NCBI RefSeq assembly: GCF_006345805.1
Contig: NC_043024.1
Coordinates: 744,001 to 808,000 of the forward strand
Length of the DNA: 64,000 nt
Direction: 5' to 3'
Origin: Octopus sinensis
Taxonomy: Eukaryota
Every line of letters begins with the position of its first letter. Positions within the stretch are counted from its first letter, which is position 1. The translations under genes and the position numbers were made by a program. Shown piece after piece: positions 12,932 to 24,600 of this stretch. The notes beneath the pieces were generated by a model. That model was not told where the DNA came from. It made no database searches and worked only from the letters and a program-made list of their open reading frames with translations.

Positions 12932-14954
12932 TTATGTACATGCAGGTCTCCCCTGGAGACAAATGCATCAGGTTCTTTAACCAGATACAAACTGATGGTA
13001 GTGGTGGCGGTGGTGGTGGTGGTGTTGTTATTGTTGTTGTTGTGATGGATGGAGACAGACTAACCTCCTGGGTCTCTTCTACAGCTTTACATGTTTTTTA
13101 GACCAACCAACAAAGGATTAAATTAAACCAGCAAAGGAGCCGTTTATTTATTTTTTGTTTGTTTGTTTATATTTGTCTTTTGGTGGTGCTGTTGTTTTTT
13201 GTTTTTGCTTCATTTCTTTTTTTCTTTCTTTCTTTTTAACACTATCACAGTGTGGGTGGGCAGGAGGGGAAGGAGGAGGGGGAGAAAAAGGGTCGTAAAA
13301 GGGGGGGAACAGTGTCCACACTATGGCAAGATAACCATCTAGGTTGAGGCTAGAGTGAGTTGGGGGGGGGAGGGAAAGTCCTTTTGGTGTTCGTAATCCA
13401 ACAATGAAAGACAAGGAATTTAGTAGATAAATAGAGGAAGGAAGGGGGGAAACAGAAAAGGCAGGGGGGGAGGGTAACTAAGAGAGCAACAAACAATTAC
13501 CATGGAAACGGGGAGGAGAAGTGGGAGAGAGAAAAACAAGTGTGGAAGTGGTTAATAATTAAACATTTAAGACTTAAACCACACACACACATTCATGCAT
13601 GTACGCGCACACCTATACACATCCATACATACGCAAATGTATGTGTTCCACACACTCACATGTAGATTATACACACTCATGCATGGGCATGTCTTGATAT
13701 GTATATGTGTGAGTGTGTACATATATACAATATATGTAAAATACACAAAAAATATAAACAAATGTACATGTATTTGTGTGTGTGTGTATATACATTACAC
13801 ACTACAATATTTGCTTATATAAACATTTACATATACACTCTCTCTCTCTTCCCGTCTCTACATAGACGTGTGTACACACAATATATACATAATATAAACA
13901 TATATGTGCATATTTCATCCACTACTCTCTCAGTATATACACACACACAGTCACGCCCCCCCCCCCAGTCACACTGATATACACATGTACATATATGTGT
14001 ATAAATATATATATGTCCATATTATATACATATATACACAACGCACGCTCCCCGTCTCATTTCTCTGCATGTACACACACCACACACAGTTAAGTATGTA
14101 TATATACATAGGTACACACACTCACTCACAGTATATGTTTATTTTATACATATATTAATGTCTAAATGTTGAAGAGAAAGGAGGCTTTGAAAGCAAGCGG
14201 CTGCAAGAGCGAGCCAAGGAGAGAGAGAAATTTCCGTGGGACAATGAGAAATAATGAAAACAAACAACATTCATTTCGACTATCAAATAAATTTTAAGCA
14301 AACTTCCTTCAGTAAATTCATGTATTTACTTTTACGAAAACCCACGTGAATTAGTGTGCAAGTATGGTTTTTTTCTGTGCATGTATGTCTGTGTATTAGT
14401 GTACGTTTATGTGTGTGCCTTTGGACGTGTAAGCCTTTTTCCAATATCAATTGCTTGTGAGCGTTTCTTTGTATGTGTTGTTGTATGTGTGTTAAATACT
14501 TTTCCTGTCTACATGCACTTTTGTTTTCACTTTGTGTAGTGTATGTGCATATGTCTTCATATGAATGATTTGTCTTGGTGTTTAAGATGTGTGTTGTGTG
14601 TGTGTGTGTGGTTATATATATATATATGCAACAAATAGCAGGTTTGTTTCAATTTTCTTTTGGTCACCAAAAATTGTCAATATTTCTGTATATGTTGCTA
14701 TTAATATTGATGGAAATTCTTGTTTTGAGGTTTCCGGAAGTTAGATTTGCTAGGAATTTTTTTCAGGCACAAGTGCTTATATCTAAAGGGTACATAGTTG
14801 AAACATTTTATCACAACACTGCCTCACTCACACATGCATGCATAAACATATGTACACATACACACATGCCTATATACACACACACACACAGATATATACA
14901 TATGTATTCATACATGCATGTATCACACACACACATGCATGAATACACAGATCT

Positions 14955-15044
<90 letters not shown>

Positions 15045-15620
15045 TATATATATACACACACATACACACCTGGAAACTACACAGTTAACACTCCAATTGC
15101 TGGAAGACTTGCAGTATTGCTTCACTGAACCTTATTTGGAATGTGGGTGAGGGGTGAGATGGAATTAACAGAAATATCACATGAATATAAAGCTGACAAA
15201 TTTCGTTTTTTTTTTTTTTAAACCATAAATAAAGTGGTGGAGGGGTGTTTTACAACTGAATATCCTAGACCTGTGATTGTTTTGCCCTCTCAGAGTTCTG
15301 GTTTGAAATGGACTGGTCCAAACAGGAGTAAACTCACAGAACTCCTGATGGAGAAAATATACTCTCAGATTGGATTTGGCAGGCAGAGAGAAGATATTAT
15401 CTACAAGGGTATAGTCACTAATATCTACCCTTAGAGAGGGAGGAAATTAGAGAAAATATACTCTGAGAATGGCTATCAACAACAAAATACCCAGGCAGAA
15501 CTCTTAAGGGTAGATATCAACTGAGAAAATACCCAGGCAGATCTCTGAGGGTAGATGGAAACAGGAGAAAAATGCAGAGAGAAAGAAAGAAAAAAAAAAG
15601 TGTCACAAGATGTAATGGCT

Positions 15621-15706
15621 GCTGAAATAGCAACCGTCTAGATTTTGCTGAAATAGCAACCGTCTAGATTTTGCTGAAATAGCAACCGTCTAGATTTTGC
15701 TGAAAT
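15621..15706. repeat. Perfect 26-bp tandem repeat, ~3.3 copies
   Basis: GCTGAAATAGCAACCGTCTAGATTTT at 15621, 15647 and 15673, partial at 15699. Confidence 0.95.
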
Positions 15707-16007
15707 CTTTTTTTTTTTTTTTAATATTTGGTTTATAAAAGAAACGGCCGAGAGCTGGTCTGTCTCTCGGGGGGTGTTTGCATTGCCTGCTGCTCCTTCA
15801 GGCAAGTCACATCACAAAAATTATTTGTGAATGTTTAACCTGGTGAGAGCCTTTCGCCAGGAGGATATGAAAAGCAGCAATAACGTTGGCATGTTGTGCC
15901 AAAGTCACTACCAGGCCTGTCACACAGAGTGAGAGAGAAAAGAGAGAGAGAGAAAGAGACATAGAGAAGAGGAAAGAGAGAGAGAGTGAGAGAAAGAGAT
16001 AGAACTG

Positions 16008-16230
16008 CTAATGTGTAATGATATGCTGGTTGGAATTGTGCGTTAGAGGCTTGTCTTCGAGTTTGTCATACTCTAGATGAAATTCCTTCGCTACCTTCCG
16101 CCAGTTTGTGGCATCAAAATAGAAATAAGTTCCTCGCTCATAATTCAGAGTTTTCATAACAGGTTCCATCCCTGGAGCTCGTGTGATCCACACCCTTTCT
16201 TCTTTGTGAAACCGCCAATCTCTATTGTAT
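16008..16230 (-). CDS. CNOT2: CNOT2 last coding exon (NOT-box C-terminus)
   Basis: ttcattccAG acceptor; YNRDWRFHKEERVWITRAPGMEPVMKTLNYERGTYFYFDATNWRKVAKEFHLEYDKLEDKP...H*, near-identical to the recalled CNOT2 NOT-box. Confidence 0.97.
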
Positions 16231-16686
16231 CTGGAATGAATTTATGACAAGAGGAAAACATTAGCATCCAAAACGCATGCGTTTGAGGAAAAATATGGAT
16301 TCCTTACATCAAAATAAATAATTAGGATTAGTGGCAACATATAACCGATTCCTTTCTTATTCAAAAGGTTTTGTTAATTTTTCGTGATGTGTCTCGGTGA
16401 CTGGAGGGACCTGTAAATGACAATCACCATCATTATAAACAAAGACTGTTTGTTCCCAGTCTTCCATGGAAAGAAGGTTTGGTCTTGAGAAAATATTATT
16501 TTGCCTGGAAACAGGTGAGAGACGGTGACAGGAGGGCATCCGGTTAGAGGAAATCTACCTCCATGAATTCCGTTTGATTCATGCAAGCAAAGAAAAGTGG
16601 ATGTTAAATGATAACGATGGTCAGTGTTAAAAGATATCTGTAATCTCATAAATCTTAACGAGATATTTAACCCTTTTAGTGTTTAA

Positions 16687-17734
16687 CCCTTTCGTTACTA
16701 TATTTCTGACCAAAATACACCCCTTATGTGTTTCAATTAATTTCTAACGTAATCATAAATTTAGTCTGGTTTCATTAAACAACTATAACTTTTTTATTTA
16801 TTAATATATTAACGTGAATTTTGGAAGATAATTTAATGAAATGTTCTCAACCAATTCTATACTATAATTTTTGTCACAAAGTGACTCTAATCGCAGGTAG
16901 ATACAGGTAAATTCAACAATATATAAAATTATTAAAATTTTGTTCAAACATCACTATAGAAAATGGGTTATTAGCTAATATTCAATTGGGTATACAACAA
17001 AATTTTACGATAGAATTTGTTATTCTGGGTAACTTTCTGATACCCATAATATTTATGGCAAAATAGTCTTAATTTCATTTAAGGTTGTGGGAAACCACTT
17101 TCTTTTGTTTTGTTTACATTTAGCGTAATGGTTCGTTTTCGCCGTAATGATTTCAAATGGGCTCATTCGAAAAAGTAAAAAGAAATAGTCTAAGGCTTTA
17201 CTCTCTTGGGAAAGTCTGTGGCTTGGTCCAGTTTCTTCAGAAAAATCACCGAAAGAAACAGTTTTTAAATTTTCACTCCATTTTCTTTATCGCTGTTGGA
17301 GCTCTCGGATTCACTGTTTTCACTTTCGGAAAACGAAACATCAGATTCATTATCAAATACCACATGCTTTTTTTTTTCAGTCATAGAGTTAGATTTATGA
17401 AGGTCTTCAGTAGAAAATCCTTCGAATTCTGACTCGTTGCTTGATATAATGAAATTCGTATCCATTTTTTGTCAGAATTACAAATTTTGAAAACACAATA
17501 GGAACAAATTTCGGAAAGAAATCTCCCAAAATTCACGGAATTAAAATTACACTTCGATTTTTGTACAAAACTGTAGTTGAACTGTTTACGAAGTATAATA
17601 TGTGTTTTCACGAATGTACTAAAGAGATTTACTCTGATATTCTCATTTAAATATGAATAGGTAAATTTGGGCGGCTTGGTCACATTAACCAAAATTTTTT
17701 TCGGGTGGTTTCGGGCGGTTTGGTAACGAAAGGG
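16687..17734 (-). mobile_element. Internally deleted piggyBac-like element with TTAA target duplications
   Basis: 12-bp TIR CCCTTTCGTTAC at both ends; TTAA at 16683-86 and 17735-38; acidic remnant ORF 17265-17465 (SSNESEFEGFS...SESENSESESS) resembles piggyBac transposase N-termini. Confidence 0.85.
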
Positions 17735-18258
17735 TTAAACTGGCCATATGCAACCAAAATATTCAAAATGTTCAATGTTTAAACTGACCAGATCTGGCCT
17801 CACACTTACCCTACAATGTCATTAAAGAAATAAATCACATCATCAAAATCTTGAAGCTCTAAGAAAATAAATGATCCATTCAATACAGTTTGTGAATAAA
17901 TAAGCAATACATTTAACAGAATAATATGAATGCTAAAGGATTCGCTACATTTGCGGTACCTGCCAGAGGGAGTGTTTGTCCAGGATAGGACTACACAGCC
18001 ACAGCAGGAAATGTATCAGGACATGAAATGTAAAAGCCAGACTGGACTATTTTATGCGCAACTCCATTGTCTCCCGAGACAAAAAGGATGCCAACAACGT
18101 TTAAAAGAATAATATGAATGCTAAAGGGTCAAGTTATTTCACGTCTTGTATTCTTCTTCAATGCCACTATGGCCCCTGACCACCTATTATTCTATTTGAT
18201 CCTACAACATCGACAAATGAAACCAGAATTCTTTTTAAAGAATGGTCTGATAACTCAC

Positions 18259-18359
18259 AATTCAGCAGCAGCCTTTAACTGCATCTCATCGCCACCGTTC
18301 ATGTAGAAAAGGAAAAAAAGCAGATCTTCACCGTATCGGCTGAGCTTTACTTGGGATAA
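18259..18359 (-). CDS. CNOT2: CNOT2 coding exon
   Basis: tttttgcAG / GTGAGT; 101 nt; LSQVKLSRYGEDLLFFLFYMNGGDEMQLKAAAEL. Confidence 0.96.
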
Positions 18360-18465
18360 CTGCAAAAATGCATGGAAAGGAAGCTTCATTAGAGGCATGA
18401 TAGCTAGGATCATGCTCACAGACCCGGTGAAAGTTAGTTTACATTCAAAAACAATCAACACAAGT

Positions 18466-18502
<37 letters not shown>

Positions 18503-18559
18503 TGAATTATGTAAAGGTGGGTGGGTGTGTAATTTGTTAAAAAGCTACAATATCGAAAT

Positions 18560-18890
18560 CTCCTTCCAATACAAAAATCAGCTATAGCAGTATACTACAT
18601 GAAAATGAAATAACTGCAGTGGAGATGCTACATGAGAAGAGCTGGGAATGTTATTGATAAAGGGTAGCCTGCAGTTGGGTGGGGGGACTATTACATGGAA
18701 GGAGTTCACTAGAATACTGATGCCACATGAGAAGGGTTAGCTGTGCTGAAAACGATACATGGGAACACTACATATAATGGGTAGATTACATGTAGGAATG
18801 CTACATAAGGGTTGAGTGCACTGGGAATGCTACATGTTAAGGGTAGACTACAGGAAGAATGCAATATAGTATACATGTAAGGCTAACTAT
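18560..18890. repeat. Degenerate minisatellite (~30-35 bp unit, GGAATGCTACATG...GGGTAGAC-like)
   Basis: Recurrent ATGCTACATG and GGGTAG(A/C)C motifs. Confidence 0.6.
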
Positions 18891-20329
18891 AGCTGTATTT
18901 CAGCCTCAAGTCAAGCCTGGGCAGAGGAATCCAACCATGAGCATCCCTCCTTTTTGTAGATCAAAGAATACATTATTCAATGTGTCCTTCATTTTCTAAG
19001 ACAGTAACAGGAAATTTGGAGGAGAGTTGATTGCTATTCCTAGCAAGTTAAAACAACTGCATGGAGGCTCCTTTGTTGGCTTCTAAATACATGTTACTGC
19101 TACATGTTGATGAATAGCTGTGCAACATTATAGAAAAGTTATGATGTGCTGCATGATAGTTTGGACAGAATGGGTCAGCATCACCATTGTTGGATGAAAT
19201 CGGTCAAGGCCAGTTTTCTACAGCTGATGCTCTTCATGTGACCTGCTTCTGGGCAAGGAAATATTTCACATGGCTGCGCATGTTTTACACGGAAGACTGA
19301 AAAGGAACACTGCTTGTATGACGATGACACCCATGTACTACCATCACTTGTGTGTAAGGTGACTGGCATTAGAAAGGGCATCCAGCTGTGAAGACCCTGC
19401 CAAAACAGACCTCACCGGTGCTGGTGTCACATAAAAAGTACTTAGTCCACTCTGTAAGGTGGTTGACGCTAGGAAGGGCATCCACCAATCACAAAAACCA
19501 TGCCAAAACAGAAAGTGAGGCATGATGCAGTTCTCTGTCAAACCATCCAGCCCATGCCATCATGGAAAACAGGATGTTATATGATGATAATGATAATGGG
19601 CTTCTTTCAGTTTCTGTCCCCCAGATTTGCTCACAAGGTTGGTTGAGGGCTGTAGTGGAAGACTGCTATTATGGGACTGAACCTGAACCCACTTGGTTGG
19701 GTAGCAAGCTTGTTAACCACACAGCTAAGCCTGTGCCTACAAGAGTAACGATGTATGTTGGCCAAACAATGTCATTCAGGAGGTGAAAGCAGCAAGTTGG
19801 CGGAATTGTTACCACACTGGAAAAATATACTTCATGGCGTTTCTTCCAACTCTATGTTCTGAGTTCAAATGCCACCAGGGTTGACTTTGTCTTTCATCCT
19901 TTTGGGGTTCAATAAAATACCAGTTGAACACTGGGGTCGATATAATCAACTTATCCACTCCTCCAATGGATAGTTTTTATATTCCTAATTTTATTGAAAT
20001 CATATCCCAGGGATACATTACAAATGTATGAGAATAAAGCATAAATAACAACACTGCTTCACTTATCAAAGACATTATTTCACCCGGTCCTACTTCAGCT
20101 TATATTGTTTCAAATTGAAAAACACTCAATACAAAACACAACAAAAAGATTTTGTACATTTCCCAAAATTCAAATAATGCAGTTTGAAGTAGTGTAAGGT
20201 TCCGTAATAAGACCATAAAGCATCACTGATGACATACATGGCACATAAAGAATCCAGAGGAGAGAGAGAGAGTAAACAAGGATTTTGGTGGTAGAATAAT
20301 ATGGGGTGGTTAGTTACCAGTAACTCTCA

Positions 20330-20545
20330 GAATATACCAAGAATATGTGGAGAGTCACTGGCGACTCCAATGGTATATTAAGAATATAATGTAGGGAGCC
20401 ACCAGTGATTGCCATGATATAAGAATACAGGGCAGTGAGTCACTGGTGACTCATGTGGTACATTAAGAATATAATGTGGGGTCATCAGTGACTCTTATAG
20501 GGCATCAAGAATACAGTGCAGTGTGTCACCAGTGACTCTTATGGT
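20330..20545. repeat. Degenerate ~40-bp minisatellite with internal palindrome
   Basis: About five units of AGAATATAATGTGG..GAGTCAC(TG/CA)GTGACTC..ATGG. Confidence 0.75.
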
Positions 20546-20736
20546 CTATTAATATTTATGTTACAAGTGAACTGTGCAGAGGAGCTGACTTCTTTGACAA
20601 CTTCCACAAATCTGAAGCTTCCAAAAATTGTGGGATTTAAAAAAAAAAATTTTTTTTTTTTCAACTCGTCAAGTTGGAGCTTGCAGACTTGTAGCAGAAA
20701 ACGAAACAACGGCTGACTGCATTTGCTTTTACTCAC

Positions 20737-20786
20737 TTTATCTCGTATATATATATTGGTTAAATATTCACAGGGAACATGGAAAT
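20737..20786 (-). CDS. CNOT2: CNOT2 coding exon
   Basis: ttttcAG / GTGAGT; 50 nt; (D)FHVPCEYLTNIYIRDK versus recalled human DFHVPSEYLTNIHIRDK. Confidence 0.96.
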
Positions 20787-21636
20787 CTGAAAAGAAAAAT
20801 AAACATCAAGGAATTGTCATCAGCAACTTTCTACATCTTAAAACAAAACTACAAAAAAGAGAAAACAAGAAGAAAAACAACGGTATATATTGATGATGAG
20901 CCTTGAAGATGAGGAATTAACATTATAGAAGGGATTTTCTGTTGTAGAAGACAGAAAGAGCTGCAGATGAGAGCATAATACATGGCTGAACTTAACCGTT
21001 TGGCATTCAACCCAAATATTCTACTTCATTTTTTTCATAATTCAAACCGACCCTACAATGTCAGGCTGGCTGTGTGGTAAGAAGTTCGCTTCCCAACCAC
21101 ACGGTTCCAAGTTGTCCCACTGTGGTGTGGCATCTCGGAGCAAGTGTCTTCTACCATAGCTTTAGGCTGACCAAAGCCTTGTGAGTGGATTTGGTAGACA
21201 GAAACTGAAAGAAACCCATCATATCATCTCACCAGGCTCTAGAAAACAGTGTTTACTGTAATATTTGCTAAATGTTATTTTAACCAACTATATTTCCTCC
21301 CCATAATTGTGTAGCTTTGTGTTAATGTAAGAGCAAAAAAAGGACACGAGAGAGACAGAGAGAAGGAAAGTCAAAGAGAGAAAGAAATATATACAGAAAT
21401 ACAGACACAAAGACCTAAGGAAGATAATGGAGAGAAAAAGGAAGATACCAGGATAGAGAGAGAGAGAGAGGGACAAAGAGAAAGATAGGTAGAGTGATGA
21501 GAGAGAGCAACAGATACAGAGACACAAGCAGAGAGAGAGCTAGACAACAGACAGTGAAAGAGAGATGATAGTGACAAAGACAGATGGAGAGAGAGAGACA
21601 CGGACAGTGAGACAGACAAAAGAAATCAATACAAAC

Positions 21637-21698
21637 CAATATCTTGCGGTCTGCACGGTGAATCAGCCCATGGACTTTGAAATGTACTATAGAGATTT
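21637..21698 (-). CDS. CNOT2: CNOT2 coding exon
   Basis: cttcccacAG / GTTTGT; 62 nt; (E)NLYSTFQSPWADSPCRPQDI(D). Confidence 0.95.
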
Positions 21699-24600
21699 CT
21701 GTGGGAAGAGAAAAAACAGAACAGAATTTAGCTTTGATGTTTTATCAGTTGTTGACAGAAAAATAATTTTGGTGCTTCTTTAAAGGGATATTTCTGGATT
21801 AAAGTGTTTAGTAATCTATAAAAGATGGTAATGACAATAGTGGTGTCTAATACTCAAACAAGAACATAAGATTTATGAGAGAAGAGTTAAATTAATTACA
21901 TAACGAGTTCTTAGTTTATTTCACACTATCCCTTGCCAAAGGAATCAACTCAGAATATAAAATCTATGGCTGCCACTTGGAATTGATGAAGACTTTGTAG
22001 CATGCACCATGCTTTTGTTGAATTGTTTCAGGTGCCTCTGCAATCGCAAACAGGACATAGACATCCCCACAGAGCAGAACATCTAGAATGTTTCCCCACA
22101 GAGCAGAACACCTAGAATGTTTGTAAATATCATGAATGCTTCACACACTCCATCACCATAATGGGGACAATGTCAAGTTCCAAGGGAGGCGAGTCTATGT
22201 TGAAGCCAGTTATTCATACCTGAACAGAAGCTCATAACGAAAGATGGGAATTAAGCAGATGAGAAATCTTCCCCCATCTTTAGGGGACAAAGTTAATCCA
22301 TCTCATGCAGTGACTCCAGACAATCTTTACAAATCTATTTCTTCACAGCAAGATAATTAACCCATTCTGATAGCAGATCTCTGCTCACACCGCTTTTGTT
22401 TCAATTAATTTTGGAAATAATGAAGAATTTATATTCACATATCAAGTTTTTATCACAAAACCAGAATTGGTGTCTGCCAAGTTGGTGCCAAAAGGGTTAA
22501 TGTAATGTACACTTAAGGAATGCCCCTAAAAGCAGAACAAGATGCCAATAGTAGATGTGACCTGCTTTTCAATCCTGCATTTTGTGAACAAAGCCATTGG
22601 CTACAGGTTTCTAACAGGCTAATCACTGCATTTCCAACAGTGAGATTGATAAAGGTGCACCTGCACATCCAAGGACAAACACAAGGTATGAGGGATTGCA
22701 GCATTAGGGTTTTTTCTTTTTACATTTACACATCAATATATATCTCTGTCAATATATATGTTATATATACACACACAGAGTCTCTCATACAATGGGTTTC
22801 TTCAATTTCTGTTAACCAAATGTGGCACCCAAGGAATTGGCCAACTCAATACAATGGTAGAAAACACTTGCCCAAGGTACCCCACAACGGGTACCTCATA
22901 AAGCAAACTTCTTGCTCACATATCCATGGCTGCACTTAATGATGTTGTCACAACTTGGATTTTGAAAATGAGATTGAGAGACATCCATGACTTTCACCAA
23001 AATTATCAGCAAACAAACTGAATGTTGGTCCCAACTCAAAATGTAATTTATTACCAAAAAAACCCCTCATAACTATAAACTCTTAATTATTATAATTACT
23101 GTTAGCTTGCAAGATAAAATGGTTAGAACATTTCTTCTAGTTCTTTACTTTTTAAGTGCAAATCCATCTAGGATCAACTTTGCCTTTCATCCTTTCAGGG
23201 TCAGTACAACAAAGGAGCAGTTAGTTGGTCACTGGGGTCGATGTAACTGACTGACTCTTTGCACCCCTGAAATTGCTGGCCTTGTGCCAAAATTTGAAAC
23301 CATTATTATTATTAAGGCAAGCTGGCAGAATCATTAGCACGCTGGGAAAAATGTTTAGTAGCATTTCTGAGATCAAATCCCGCCAAGGTTGACTTTGCCT
23401 TTCATTCTTTTGGGGTCAACAAATGAAGTACTAGTGAAATACTGGGGTTCATGTAATCAACTCGTCCCCTCCCTCCAAATTTCAGGCCTTGTACCTACAG
23501 TAGATAAGATTATTATTATTATTTCCAAAATAGGGACAGAGTCTGAAATTTGGAGGATGAAGTATTGTTGTTGCTTTAATCAAGATTAATATTTGGTTGG
23601 TACTTAATTTTATTGACCCCCAAAAATGAAAGCAAACTTGACCTCAACATAAAAAGTAGTTGGTAAATACTAAAGGGCATTTCATCTGATACTCTACCAA
23701 TTCTGCAGCCATGGCGCTCAATAATAATGATGCTTGCTACTTAAATTTGAAGGCAAAATTCCGTGCTACATTTACAGAACTTTCTACCAGCCTCACTAAA
23801 TGACTTACAAAATTCTTGTAAAACTTCAGAACTTACACACACAACAAAATCTTTAATAAAACATCAGATAATTAAACCATAAGTTTCATTAATAAAAATT
23901 GGATTTGAGAAGCTAAGAAGTCACGCTGATTTAGTTATTAATTAGTGTCATCATAACATGTAATAAAAGACTCCATCATAGACTTTGTAATTAGTACAAC
24001 AGTAAATTTGTAGTTGATACAATTGTCTGTGATACTAAATCACATCAACAAATTAAACATAAAAATACAAAGGAAGTTCCAGAAAATAACAGGAGCTGTT
24101 CCATTAGTTTGGAAATGCTGCAGACCAAGGTTTGGGGAATCATTTTCTGGTTTCTTGAAGGTTTTTCTTTTATTTCACCGTTTTTCTAAACTTAACACTA
24201 GCTGTAAGACTTTGGGGGATAACGAGGTAATAAAAATAAATTATTTGACTGTCAGAATAAATAGAATACACTGCATATAACACATGCGAATGTGTCAACA
24301 AACCAATCAACAACATCAGCTGAAATGATCAAATTGTTGTCAATCTAAAGTTTGAAAAGTTTATAAACGCAAACACTTTGAAAACTGTTGTTTAGCGTAA
24401 CTCCTTATGGTTTTGAATTGACACTCGGTAAAGCAATGACTAGTATTGGGGAATTAACTGATTCACAGTGAACTGAACAAGTGGATCTAGGATTAATCAA
24501 ACTGCAAAGTTCAAATCCACTGCAGTCTGTTGGGTGTTGAAACACAATTCTACCGACTTTAATTCATACAGATTTCATAGCATAAATGAGATCATCTGGA

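Noticed and set aside
13567-15150. ORFs in the TA/CA-rich tract
   Set aside because: Microsatellite-derived and within the probable CNOT2 3' UTR.
15621-15706. CRISPR-like repeat
   Set aside because: Units are contiguous with no spacers; eukaryotic context with no cas genes.
20330-20545. CRISPR-like array of palindromic repeats
   Set aside because: Intervening sequences are related to each other rather than unique; this is a decayed minisatellite.
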